In this document: positions 55,557 through 63,576 of the stretch, one piece after another
Numbering within the stretch: position 1 is the stretch's first letter
Layout of the letters: each line of letters starts with the position of its first letter
Source of the DNA: Acidimicrobiia bacterium
Lineage (GTDB): Bacteria > Actinomycetota > Acidimicrobiia > IMCC26256 > PALSA-555
Direction of reading: 5' to 3'
Assembly: GCA_035763745.1 (NCBI GenBank)
Contig: DASUAO010000014.1
Location: forward strand, 1,252-65,251
Length of the DNA stretch: 64,000 bases
Notes under the pieces: model-generated
Seen by the model: only the letters and a program-made list of their open reading frames with translations
Told to the model about the DNA's origin: nothing
Databases searched by the model: none
Made by a program: the position numbers and the translations under genes

Positions 55557-56564
55557 GTGCTCGTCGACCACTTCCTCCGCGCCGACCTCGCCGACATCGC
55601 GGCGACCGCGCGGGACCTCGAGGCGCTCGGCTTCCACGGCCTCTACACCGCCGAGGGCCCGCACGAGCCGTTCCTGCCGCTCGCGCTCGCGGCCGAGCAC
55701 ACGACTCGCCCGCAGCTCTTCACGAACATCGCGGTAGCGTTCGCCCGCAGCCCGATGGACCTGGCCCAGATGGCCGACGGCCTCCAGCGGTCGTCGGAGG
55801 GGCGGTTCGTGCTCGGGCTCGGCTCGCAGATCCGCCCCCACATCGAGCACCGCTTCTCGATGACGTGGAGCCGCCCGGTCGCCCGGATGCGCGAGATGAT
55901 CCAGGCCGTCAAGGCGATCCAGACGGCCTGGAACGACCAGGCGCCGCTGGCGTTCCGCGGCGAGATCTACCGTCACACGCTGATGACGCCGTTCTTCGAC
56001 CCGGGTCCGAACCCGCACGGCCCGCCGCCCGTCTGGGTCGCCGCGCTCGGTCCCAAGATGACCACCTGCGCCGCCGAGTTCGGCGACGGGCTGCTCGTCC
56101 ACCCGTTCCACACCGGCCGCTTCATGACCGAGCACGCCGCAGTGTCGGTGGCGGAGGGACTCGGGCGCGCCGGACGCGACCGCGCCGACTTCACGGTCTC
56201 GGCCACCACGATCGTGTGCACCGGGAGCACCGACGAGGAGTTGGAGGTCGCGCGAGCCGGGAGCAGGATGCTGCTCGGCTTCTACGGCTCGACGCCTGCG
56301 TACCGGGTCACGCTCGACGCGCACGGCTGGGGCGACCTCCAGACCGAGCTGAACCGCATGACGAAGGAAGGTCGCTGGGACGAGCTGTCGAGCGTCATCC
56401 CCGAGGAGGTGGTCGACGCGATCGTCGTGACCGGAGCGCCCGGTGAGATCGCCGGCCTGCTCGACGCTCGCTACGAGGGCACGGTCGACCGGGTCGGCCT
56501 GTCGATGCCGTACCAGACGAGCCGCGACACCATCGCTGCGCTCGTGGCAGGGTTCAGGGCCTGA
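55557..56564 (+). CDS. LLM-class F420-dependent oxidoreductase
   Basis: 335-aa track ORF (GTG start). LGFHGLYTAEGPHEPFLPLALAA, GRFVLGLGSQIRPHIEHRF and VWVAALGPKMTTCAAEFGDGLLVHPF. Confidence 0.85.
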   Translation: MLVDHFLRADLADIAATARDLEALGFHGLYTAEGPHEPFLPLALAAEHTTRPQLFTNIAVAFARSPMDLAQMADGLQRSSEGRFVLGLGSQIRPHIEHRFSMTWSRPVARMREMIQAVKAIQTAWNDQAPLAFRGEIYRHTLMTPFFDPGPNPHGPPPVWVAALGPKMTTCAAEFGDGLLVHPFHTGRFMTEHAAVSVAEGLGRAGRDRADFTVSATTIVCTGSTDEELEVARAGSRMLLGFYGSTPAYRVTLDAHGWGDLQTELNRMTKEGRWDELSSVIPEEVVDAIVVTGAPGEIAGLLDARYEGTVDRVGLSMPYQTSRDTIAALVAGFRA

Positions 56565-56603
56565 CCACGGACGACCCGATCCGCAGACGAACAGGAGCAT
56601 GAC

Positions 56604-56957
56604 ATGCCCAAGGGGATCTTCCTCGCTCTCGCGAACCCGACGAGCGACGACGTCGACGACGAGTTCAACCAGTGGTACGACGACGTGCACATGCGTGAGG
56701 TGCTCGCGCTCCCCGGCGTGCAGTCGGCTCGTCGGTTCAAGCTGGCCGACACGCAGGTCATGCCCGGCGACGATGCGGCCGGGCGGCGCTACCTCGCGCT
56801 CTACGAGGTCGAGGTCGACGACTGGGCCGACTTCGCGGCCGCGAACCAGAACGGGTTCGCCGAGGGGAAGATCACGGTGAACGCCGATCTCCTCCAGCTC
56901 GACCCGATGGTCATGACGATGATCTTCGAGGAGATCACGCCGGAGACGAAGGCCTAG
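56604..56957 (+). CDS. small alpha+beta-barrel (EthD/DUF4286-like) protein
   Basis: 117-aa track ORF, with AGGAG 7 nt upstream. DDEFNQWYDDVHMREVLALPGVQSARRFKL...RYLALYEVE. Confidence 0.65.
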   Translation: MPKGIFLALANPTSDDVDDEFNQWYDDVHMREVLALPGVQSARRFKLADTQVMPGDDAAGRRYLALYEVEVDDWADFAAANQNGFAEGKITVNADLLQLDPMVMTMIFEEITPETKA

Positions 56958-56975
56958 CGCCCGAGGCGGCCGGGC

Positions 56976-57902
56976 TCAGAGCCCGGCGACCTCGGGAAGG
57001 ATCTCGTCGCCGAAGATCGCGAGGTTCGCGAGCACCTCGTCCCGGCGGTCGCCCGCGACGCTCACCGTCGCGTACGTGACGCCGACGTCGGCGAGCGCCC
57101 GGATGCTCTCGACGACCGATGCCGGTTCGACCGGCGCGTTGGTGAACATGTCGAGGCCGAGCGGCATGAACACGATCTCCAGGCGCTCGGTCCGACCGAC
57201 CTCGGCCGCGTACCCGTGCGCCCGCGTGATCCGCGCGGCCAGGTCGTCGAGCGACGCGAGCGACGGGGTGTGCAGGCGCTTCTCGGCCTTCGCGGGGCTC
57301 GGCATCGGGGCCCACCCGTCGGCGAGGTCCACGGCCCGTCGCACGGCCCGCATCGAGTTCCCGCCGATCCAGATCGGCGGGCCACCGGGCTGGGCCGGGC
57401 GGGGCAGGCTGGTGTTCCCCGCCGCGGTGAAGTGGAGGCCGTCGATCGCGACGCTCTCCCCCGTCCAGGTGGCCCTCATCACCCGGATCGCCTCGTCGGT
57501 GAGGTCGTTGCGCTCGTCGAAGTCGACGCCGAGCGCGTCGAACTCCCCTTCCAGGTACCCCGCGCCGATCCCGAGCACGACCCGACCTGCCGAGAGCGCG
57601 TCGAGGGTGGCGACGGTCTTCGCGAGCAGGAACGGGTTCCGGTAGGCGGGGATGCACAGGTTCGTCAGGAGACGGACGGAGTCGGTCGCCGCCGCCGCGA
57701 ACGCCAGGGCGACGAACGGGTCGAGTGTGTGGTGTCCGCCGGTCGCGAGCCAGCGATCGTCGGGGATCGGGTGCTCGGTGACGAACACCGCGTCGAACCC
57801 GGCCCGCTCGGCAGCATGGGAGATCTCGGCGATCGCGCTCGCACCCGCGAGCTCGTCGAACCGGTCGAGTCGGTGCGTCGGGAGACCGACCGAGACCCTC
57901 AT
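56976..57902 (-). CDS. LLM-class (probably F420-dependent) oxidoreductase
   Basis: C-terminal 308 aa of the 972-aa track ORF 56976..59894 (MRVSVGLPTHRLDRF...). AGFDAVFVTEHP, GRVVLGIGAGYLEGEF and PPIWIGGNSMRAVRRAVDLADGWAP. The start overlaps the MFS stop (ATGA). Confidence 0.85.
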   Translation of the reverse strand: MRVSVGLPTHRLDRFDELAGASAIAEISHAAERAGFDAVFVTEHPIPDDRWLATGGHHTLDPFVALAFAAAATDSVRLLTNLCIPAYRNPFLLAKTVATLDALSAGRVVLGIGAGYLEGEFDALGVDFDERNDLTDEAIRVMRATWTGESVAIDGLHFTAAGNTSLPRPAQPGGPPIWIGGNSMRAVRRAVDLADGWAPMPSPAKAEKRLHTPSLASLDDLAARITRAHGYAAEVGRTERLEIVFMPLGLDMFTNAPVEPASVVESIRALADVGVTYATVSVAGDRRDEVLANLAIFGDEILPEVAGL

Positions 57903-59437
57903 TCGAGCACCGCACCCTCGAGCGCCACGGCGAGGTCGTCGCCCGGCGACTCCAGCGCGGCGTGTGATCGCAGCGGGAGCTCCCGCAGCGTGATCGTCAG
58001 CACCAGCCCGACGATCGCGACGGGGACGCACACCAGGAACACTGTGTGCAGCGACCGAGCAAAGGCATCGGCAACACCCTCGCGCACTGCGGGCGCGAGG
58101 TCGACCAGCGTCTCGGGGCGTCCTCGGATCTTCGACGGGTCGAGGCTCGTGCCCTCTGGCACGAGCCGCGGCAGCCAGAACGCGAGTCGGCTGTTGAGGA
58201 CGCTGCCGAGCAGCGCGAGTCCGACCGCGGAGCCGAACTGCCGGAAGAACATCGACATCGAGGTCGCGACCCCGAGGTCGCGGGGTTCGACGGCGTTCTG
58301 GATCGCGAGGATCAGCGGCTGCATCGCGAGGCCCATCCCGAACCCGGTCACGGCCGCACCCACCAGGACCTGCAGCGGCTCGCTGTCGACGTCGAGCCGG
58401 AGCAGCAGCCCCAGGCCGGCGAGCACCATGACGAGCCCCATGATCGGGTAGCGCCGGTAGCGCTGCGATCGGTCGATCAGGCGCCCGACGAGCACCGTGG
58501 CCGTGACCGTCGAGCCCATGAACGGGATCAGGTAGAGGCCCGAGTCGGTCGGGCTGATGCCATCGACGAACTGGAGGAACGCGGAGAGGAAGTAGAGCCC
58601 GGCGAAGAACACGAGACCCAGCGCGAGGTTGAGCGCGAGGCACACGCGTGCAACCGAGATCCGGAAGAGGCGCGCGGGCAGGATCGGCTCGGGGGCACGG
58701 CGCTCCCACCACACCAACGTGGCGAGGAACGTCAGCGTGCCGCCGCCGAGCCCGAGGATCAGCGGAGACCCCCACGGCTCGCGCGAGCCGCCCCACGACG
58801 TCAGGAAGACGACGCACGACACGACTCCGACGATCAACGACGCGCCCACGTAGTCGACGCGGTGCTCGGTCCGTTTCGGCGGCAGGTCGAGGGTCCGGTG
58901 CACGATCACCATCGCGACGAGGCCGATGGGGACGTTCACGAGGAACGCCCACCGCCACGAGAGATGCTGGGAGAAGAGCCCGCCGAACAGCGGTCCGGCG
59001 ATGCTGGAGATCGCGAACACGAAGCCCGAGTACCCGATCCACCGCCCGAGGTCGCGCGCGGGGACCAGGTCGGCGACCATCGCCATCGGCAGCGCGATGA
59101 GCCCACCGGCGCCGAGCCCCTGCACGGCGCGGAAGAAGATCAGCTGGGTCATCGAGGCTGCGAGTCCGCACAGGACCGACGCCGCGAGGAAGATCACGAT
59201 GGCGACGAGGAAGATGCGCTTGCGACCGTAGAGGTCGCCGAGCTTGCCGTAGAGCGGTCCGCTCGCCATGCCGGTGAGCAGGTACGCGGTGGCGACCCAC
59301 GACAGGTCGCGCAGCCCGCCGAGGTCGCTGACGATCGTCGGGAGCGCCGTGGCCACGAGCGTGGTGTCGAGCGCCGCGATCGCGTTGCCGAGCATGAGCC
59401 CGAAGAAGATCAGGAGCACTCGCCGCTGGTCGGGCAC
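57899..59437 (-). CDS. MFS transporter, DHA2 (EmrB/QacA, 14-TMS) type
   Basis: In-frame GTG of track ORF 57899..59671, with GAGGA 6 nt upstream. LDTTLVATALPTIVSDLGG, GKLGDLYGRKRIFL, RAVQGLGAGG and about 14 hydrophobic segments. Confidence 0.85.
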   Translation of the reverse strand: MPDQRRVLLIFFGLMLGNAIAALDTTLVATALPTIVSDLGGLRDLSWVATAYLLTGMASGPLYGKLGDLYGRKRIFLVAIVIFLAASVLCGLAASMTQLIFFRAVQGLGAGGLIALPMAMVADLVPARDLGRWIGYSGFVFAISSIAGPLFGGLFSQHLSWRWAFLVNVPIGLVAMVIVHRTLDLPPKRTEHRVDYVGASLIVGVVSCVVFLTSWGGSREPWGSPLILGLGGGTLTFLATLVWWERRAPEPILPARLFRISVARVCLALNLALGLVFFAGLYFLSAFLQFVDGISPTDSGLYLIPFMGSTVTATVLVGRLIDRSQRYRRYPIMGLVMVLAGLGLLLRLDVDSEPLQVLVGAAVTGFGMGLAMQPLILAIQNAVEPRDLGVATSMSMFFRQFGSAVGLALLGSVLNSRLAFWLPRLVPEGTSLDPSKIRGRPETLVDLAPAVREGVADAFARSLHTVFLVCVPVAIVGLVLTITLRELPLRSHAALESPGDDLAVALEGAVLE

Positions 59438-59490
59438 CGGATTCCTCTGATCGGAAGACCATCGCTCTCGACGGCCGGGAGCGCCGATGG

Positions 59491-59504
59491 TAGAACGCGT
59501 TGCA
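59491..59504. promoter_or_regulatory. KstR-type TetR operator TAGAACgcGTTGCA (TnnAACnnGTTnnA)
   Basis: In the 112-bp divergent region between the MFS start (59437) and the NTF2-like start (59550). Confidence 0.5.
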
Positions 59505-59549
59505 CTCCGGGCGGATCGGCCGTCCGGGCACGAGGGTCGAGGGGGATCC

Positions 59550-60002
59550 GTGGGCCAGTTCACCCGTGAGGAGATCGAGGCGGCGTTCACCCGCTTCCAG
59601 GAGCGCGCGGCCGCGGCGGGCACGAGCGGCGACTGGACCGAGTGGGCGGACTGCTTCACCGAGGACGCCAAGTACTACGAGCACCACTACGGCCGGATGG
59701 AGGGGCGCCAGGAGATCCTCGAGTGGATCACCAAGACCATGGCAGAGCCCATCAACGCCGACATGAGCTCGTTCCCGATCGACTGGTACATGGTCGACGA
59801 GGAGCGGGGCTGGATCATGTGCCAGGTCGCGAACGTCATGGACGACCCGGGCGACGGCAGCGACCACCGCGAGGTGAACTGGACCCTCTTGCACTACGCC
59901 GGCGACGGCCGCTTCTCCTACGAGGAGGACATGTACAACCCCGTGGAGTTCGGCCAGATGATCAAGGGCTGGCTGAAGGCGAAGAAGGCCGCCGCCTCGT
60001 AG
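59550..60002 (+). CDS. NTF2-like (SnoaL-like) family protein
   Basis: In-frame GTG of track ORF 59487..60002, with GAGGGGGA upstream. FTREEIEAAFTRFQERAAAAGTSGDWTEWADCFTEDAKYYEHHYG... Confidence 0.7.
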   Translation: MGQFTREEIEAAFTRFQERAAAAGTSGDWTEWADCFTEDAKYYEHHYGRMEGRQEILEWITKTMAEPINADMSSFPIDWYMVDEERGWIMCQVANVMDDPGDGSDHREVNWTLLHYAGDGRFSYEEDMYNPVEFGQMIKGWLKAKKAAAS

Positions 60003-60045
60003 GCGACGCCGCCCCGGGGCGGCTCCAGCCGATCCCGCCCAGAAC

Positions 60046-60059
60046 TAGAACCTGTTATA
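60046..60059. promoter_or_regulatory. KstR-type TetR operator TAGAACctGTTATA overlapping a TATATT -10-like hexamer
   Basis: Lies in the only AT-rich patch of the window (agaactagaacctgttatattttc, 60041-60064), 56 nt upstream of the LLM GTG at 60115. TATATT is at 60056-60061. Confidence 0.55.
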
Positions 60060-60114
60060 TTTTCGGGTCAGTCATCTCACCCCACCCACCTGTGGCGATC
60101 GAGGACGGTGTTCC

Positions 60115-61299
60115 GTGGAGTTCGGCATCTTCAACAGCCTGTACACACCCCACCAGGCGTACGAGCACGTCGACGACGAGTGGTCGGTCGAGCACCAACG
60201 CCTCATGGACGAGGTCGCCTGGACCGTCGCGTCCGACAAGGCCGGCTTCAAGTACTCGTGGGCGACCGAGCACCACTTCCTCACCGAGTACTCGCACCTC
60301 TCGGCCAACGAGGTGTTCATGCCCTACATCGCCGCGAAGACCGAGCGCATCCACATCGGGAGCGGGATCATCAACGTCACGCCGCCGGTCAACCACCCGG
60401 CGCGCATCGCCGAGCGTGTCGCGATGATCGACAACCTCTCGGGCGGACGCTTCGAGTTCGGTGTGGGGCGCGGGTCGTCCAGCACCGAGCAACGCGGGTT
60501 CGGGATCGAGGACCCCGAGCTCACGAAGCGGATGCTCGACGAGGTGATGCCCGAGTTCAAGAAGATGTGGAGCTCGAACGAGTACAGCTTCGAGGGCGAG
60601 TTCTTCTCGATGCCGCCGCGCAACGTCCTCCCCAAGCCCTACAGCGATCCGCACCCGCCGATGTGGGTCGCGGCCGGGAACCCCAGCACGTTCGAGAAGG
60701 CCGCCCGGATGGGGATCGGGGTGCTGTGCTTCACGACCGGCTCACCCGAGGCGCTGAAGCCCCTCATCGAGATCTACAAGACGACGATCGAGGACGCGGA
60801 GCCCGTCGGCGACTACGTGAACAACAACGTGATGGTGACGAGCCAGATGCTGTGCCTCGAAGACGGTCAGCGCGCCCGCGACATCGCGACGAACATGACC
60901 TCCGGCTACCAGAACTCTCTCGTGTTCCGCTACCTGGACACGTTCCCGAAGCCCGAGGGCATCCCCGCGTGGCCGACCCTGATCCCCGAGCCCACGCCCG
61001 AAGGCCTCGAAGAGGCGATCAAGGCGCATCTGGTGATGGTGGGGACGCCCGACGAGGTGTCGGCGTCGGTGCGGGAGTACGAGCTGGCCGGAGCCGACCA
61101 GGTCACGTTCGGCATGCTCTCGACCACGATGCCCATCGAGGTCGCGTGTGAGGCCGTCGACACGTTCGGGAAGCACGTCATCCCCCAGTTCGACAAGGAC
61201 GAGGTCCACTCCACCACCCGCCAGCGCGAGGCCTACGTGGCCGAGCGGGGCCCGATCGCGAAGCGCTCCCTCGGCCGGGTGACGGACACCGTCCTCTGA
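60115..61299 (+). CDS. LLM-class flavin-dependent oxidoreductase (luciferase-like monooxygenase)
   Basis: 394-aa track ORF (GTG start, GAGGA 9 nt upstream). MEFGIFNSLYTP...AGFKYSWATEHHFLTEYSHLSANEVF...GRFEFGVGRGSS...PPMWVAAGNPSTFEKAARMGIG. Confidence 0.88.
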   Translation: MEFGIFNSLYTPHQAYEHVDDEWSVEHQRLMDEVAWTVASDKAGFKYSWATEHHFLTEYSHLSANEVFMPYIAAKTERIHIGSGIINVTPPVNHPARIAERVAMIDNLSGGRFEFGVGRGSSSTEQRGFGIEDPELTKRMLDEVMPEFKKMWSSNEYSFEGEFFSMPPRNVLPKPYSDPHPPMWVAAGNPSTFEKAARMGIGVLCFTTGSPEALKPLIEIYKTTIEDAEPVGDYVNNNVMVTSQMLCLEDGQRARDIATNMTSGYQNSLVFRYLDTFPKPEGIPAWPTLIPEPTPEGLEEAIKAHLVMVGTPDEVSASVREYELAGADQVTFGMLSTTMPIEVACEAVDTFGKHVIPQFDKDEVHSTTRQREAYVAERGPIAKRSLGRVTDTVL

Positions 61300-61311
61300 C
61301 CCCTGCTCTTG

Positions 61312-61351
61312 ATGCGTCTCTCACCCGCCTATGGCGGGGTGAGAGACGCAT
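61312..61351. terminator. 18-bp stem hairpin (ATGCGTCTCTCACCCGCC-tat-GGCGGGGTGAGAGACGCAT)
   Basis: Begins 13 nt after the LLM stop. One bulged G. Its arms belong to the repeated 21-nt unit CTTGATGCGTC(T/C)CTCACCCGC. Confidence 0.55.
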
Positions 61352-61368
61352 GACCGTGTTCTCGGTCC

Positions 61369-61406
61369 TGCGTCCCTGAGCTCACCATGTGCGGGTGAGG
61401 GACGCA
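61369..61406. terminator. second, imperfect hairpin built from the same repeat unit
   Basis: TGCGTCCCT(gagc)TCACC-atgtgc-GGGTGAGGGACGCA, immediately after the NUDIX stop (61407-09, minus strand). Confidence 0.45.
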
Positions 61407-62132
61407 TCAAGGAGTGCGGTCGAGGCGCCAGCCGGTGTTGTCGAGCCAGAGGCGGTGGCGGGGGCCTTCGGCGTCGGGGTCGCCCGACTCGTAGCCGGCG
61501 TCGCCCGCCCACATCGCCGCGATCCCCTGCCCGCCCTTCGCGATGCGGGTCTCGTAGTAGGTCGGCTCGCGCGCGTCGGCGTCGGCCATCAGCGCGTCGA
61601 CGCTCGAGAACTCGGCCAGGTAGTGCAGAGTCATCCACGTCGGGGGTGCGAGCTCGATCTCCAGCGCGTCGCGTCGCGCGAGCGCGTCGTCGGGGCGCAT
61701 CCACCCGCTCTCATGGATCTCTCCGTGGTCGATCGCCACCGCACCCTCGGGCGCCGGCGCCGCGAAGAACCAGGTGGCGAACCGCTTGGGCGTGATCGCC
61801 GGCGGGACCCAGTGCGCGAACCAGGCGAGCGACTCGCGGTCGACGACGAGGCCCGCCTCCTCGGCGGCTTCCCGCACCGCCGCTCTCGCCGCCGCGTCGA
61901 CGACGTCGACGGCATCGGCCCGGTCGGCCTCGTCGATCCGGCCGCCGGGGAACACCCACATCCCCCCGAACGCGAGCTTCGAGTTCTTCCGGAGCATCAG
62001 CGTCTCGACCGCGCCGTCGTGATCGCGCACGAGCACGACGGTCGCCGCGGGGATCGCGTCGCCTTCCTCGCGACGCCCCTCGCGGAGCCACCGTTCGAAG
62101 CGATTCTCGTCGGTCACGTCACCCCGGCTCAC
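61407..62132 (-). CDS. NUDIX hydrolase
   Basis: 241-aa track ORF (GTG start; GTG at 62117 is an alternative). Nudix box GGMWVFPGGRIDEADRADAVDVVDAAARAAVREAAEEAGL. Confidence 0.85.
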   Translation of the reverse strand: MSRGDVTDENRFERWLREGRREEGDAIPAATVVLVRDHDGAVETLMLRKNSKLAFGGMWVFPGGRIDEADRADAVDVVDAAARAAVREAAEEAGLVVDRESLAWFAHWVPPAITPKRFATWFFAAPAPEGAVAIDHGEIHESGWMRPDDALARRDALEIELAPPTWMTLHYLAEFSSVDALMADADAREPTYYETRIAKGGQGIAAMWAGDAGYESGDPDAEGPRHRLWLDNTGWRLDRTP

Positions 62133-62176
62133 CTAGCGTGCGTCGAGTCAACCACACCCTCCCGAGGAGCCGACAG

Positions 62177-63568
62177 TTGCCCCACGACCCCAGCCCGACC
62201 GGCGAGCTCCTCACCGAGACGGCCCGCCTCGCCACCGAGTTCCTCGCCGGGGTCCCCGACCGGTCGCTCGCCCTCGACGTCAACCGCGAGCAGCTCACCG
62301 AGATCTTCGGCGCGTCGATTCCCGACGAAGGCGAAGTAGCGATCGAGGTCCTCGCGCGCCTCGCCCGCGTCGACCCGGGGATCATGGCGACCGTCGGCCC
62401 CCGCTACTTCGGGTTCGTCATCGGCGGTTCGCTCCCTGCAGCGCTCGCAGCCGACTGGCTGGCGACGGCCTGGGACCAGAACGCAGGGCTGTTCGCCATC
62501 AGCCCCGCCGGGTCCGTCGTGGAAGAGGTCGCCGGCCGCTGGATCATCGACCTCCTCGGGCTCCCGGCTCAGGCGTCGGTCGGCTTCGTCAGCGGCGGCC
62601 AGACCGGCAACACCGTGGCGCTCGCCGCAGCGCGCCATCACGTCCTCGCGGCCGCCGGCTGGGACGTCGAGGCCGACGGGCTCAACGGCGCCCCACCGGT
62701 CACCGTGGTCAGTGGCCGCGAACGCCACGCGACGATCGACTCCTCGCTGCGGCTCCTCGGGCTGGGCCGCTCGTCACTCGCACTCGTCGACACCGACGAC
62801 CAGGGCCGAGCCGACCCCGACGCCGTCGATGCGGCGCTCGGTGCCGCACCGGGTCCGGCGATCATCTGCACACAGGCCGGTGACGTGAACAGCGGATGCT
62901 TCGACGACTTCTCCCGGATCTGCGATACGGCGGCGTCTCACGGCGCGTGGGTCCACGTCGACGGCGCGATCGGGCTCTGGGCCGCCGCGAGCGACGCCCA
63001 CCGCGACCTCATGCGCGGCGCCGAGCGCGCCGACTCCTGGTCGGTCGACGCCCACAAGCTCCTGAACGTCCCGTACGGCTCGGGCCTCGTCTTCTGTCGC
63101 CACCCCGACTCGCACCAGGGTGCGATGAGCATCCAGACGAGCTACCTGCCCGCGTCCGACTTCGAGGGACCCCGCGATCCGGCGAACTGGACGACCGAGC
63201 TGTCACACCGTGCGCGCGGCTTCGCAGTGTGGGCGGCACTCCGGTCGCTCGGGCGACGCGGCGTCGCCGACCTCGTCGACCGCTGCTGTGCGCACGCGCA
63301 GCGCTTCGCCGAGCGGCTCGGTGACGCCGAGGGAGTCGACATCCTCAACGATGTCGTCTTCGACCAGGTGCTGGTCCGCTTCGGCGGATCCGACGAGCAC
63401 ACGCGCGCCGTCATCACGCGACTCCAGCACGAAGGCACCTGCTGGTTCGGCGGGACGACCTGGCGCGGCGTCGGCGCGATGCGCATCTCGGTCGCGAACT
63501 GGTCGACCACGGCAGAAGACGTCGATCGCGCGGTCGACGCGATCCTGCGCGCCCACTCGACTCCCTAG
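62177..63568 (+). CDS. PLP-dependent (group II) decarboxylase family protein
   Basis: Track ORF 62138..63568. I prefer TTG 62177 (GAGGAG 7 nt upstream) because GTG 62138 leaves only 5 nt to the divergent NUDIX start. SGGQTGNTVAL, HVDGAIG, and SWSVDAHKLLNVPYGSG (PLP lysine). Confidence 0.8.
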   Translation: MPHDPSPTGELLTETARLATEFLAGVPDRSLALDVNREQLTEIFGASIPDEGEVAIEVLARLARVDPGIMATVGPRYFGFVIGGSLPAALAADWLATAWDQNAGLFAISPAGSVVEEVAGRWIIDLLGLPAQASVGFVSGGQTGNTVALAAARHHVLAAAGWDVEADGLNGAPPVTVVSGRERHATIDSSLRLLGLGRSSLALVDTDDQGRADPDAVDAALGAAPGPAIICTQAGDVNSGCFDDFSRICDTAASHGAWVHVDGAIGLWAAASDAHRDLMRGAERADSWSVDAHKLLNVPYGSGLVFCRHPDSHQGAMSIQTSYLPASDFEGPRDPANWTTELSHRARGFAVWAALRSLGRRGVADLVDRCCAHAQRFAERLGDAEGVDILNDVVFDQVLVRFGGSDEHTRAVITRLQHEGTCWFGGTTWRGVGAMRISVANWSTTAEDVDRAVDAILRAHSTP

Positions 63569-63576
63569 CGAGCGCC

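Noticed and set aside
54345-56690. Very long track ORFs such as 54345..56690 (781 aa), 23943..26540 (865 aa), 6627..9038 (803 aa), 39908..42058 (716 aa), 43055..45160 (701 aa), 30518..32803 (761 aa) and 111..1076.
   Set aside because: They are antisense or out-of-frame shadows of genes with clear family motifs. Their products are monotonous R/P/G/A/D-rich strings with no recognisable domain. Such stop-free shadow frames are expected at this GC content.
56976-59894. 972-aa ORF that could be read as one giant protein.
   Set aside because: Only its last 308 aa (the LLM oxidoreductase from MRVSVGLP) look real. The upstream part is an R/P-rich shadow of the MFS transporter, which is encoded in a different frame (57899..59437).
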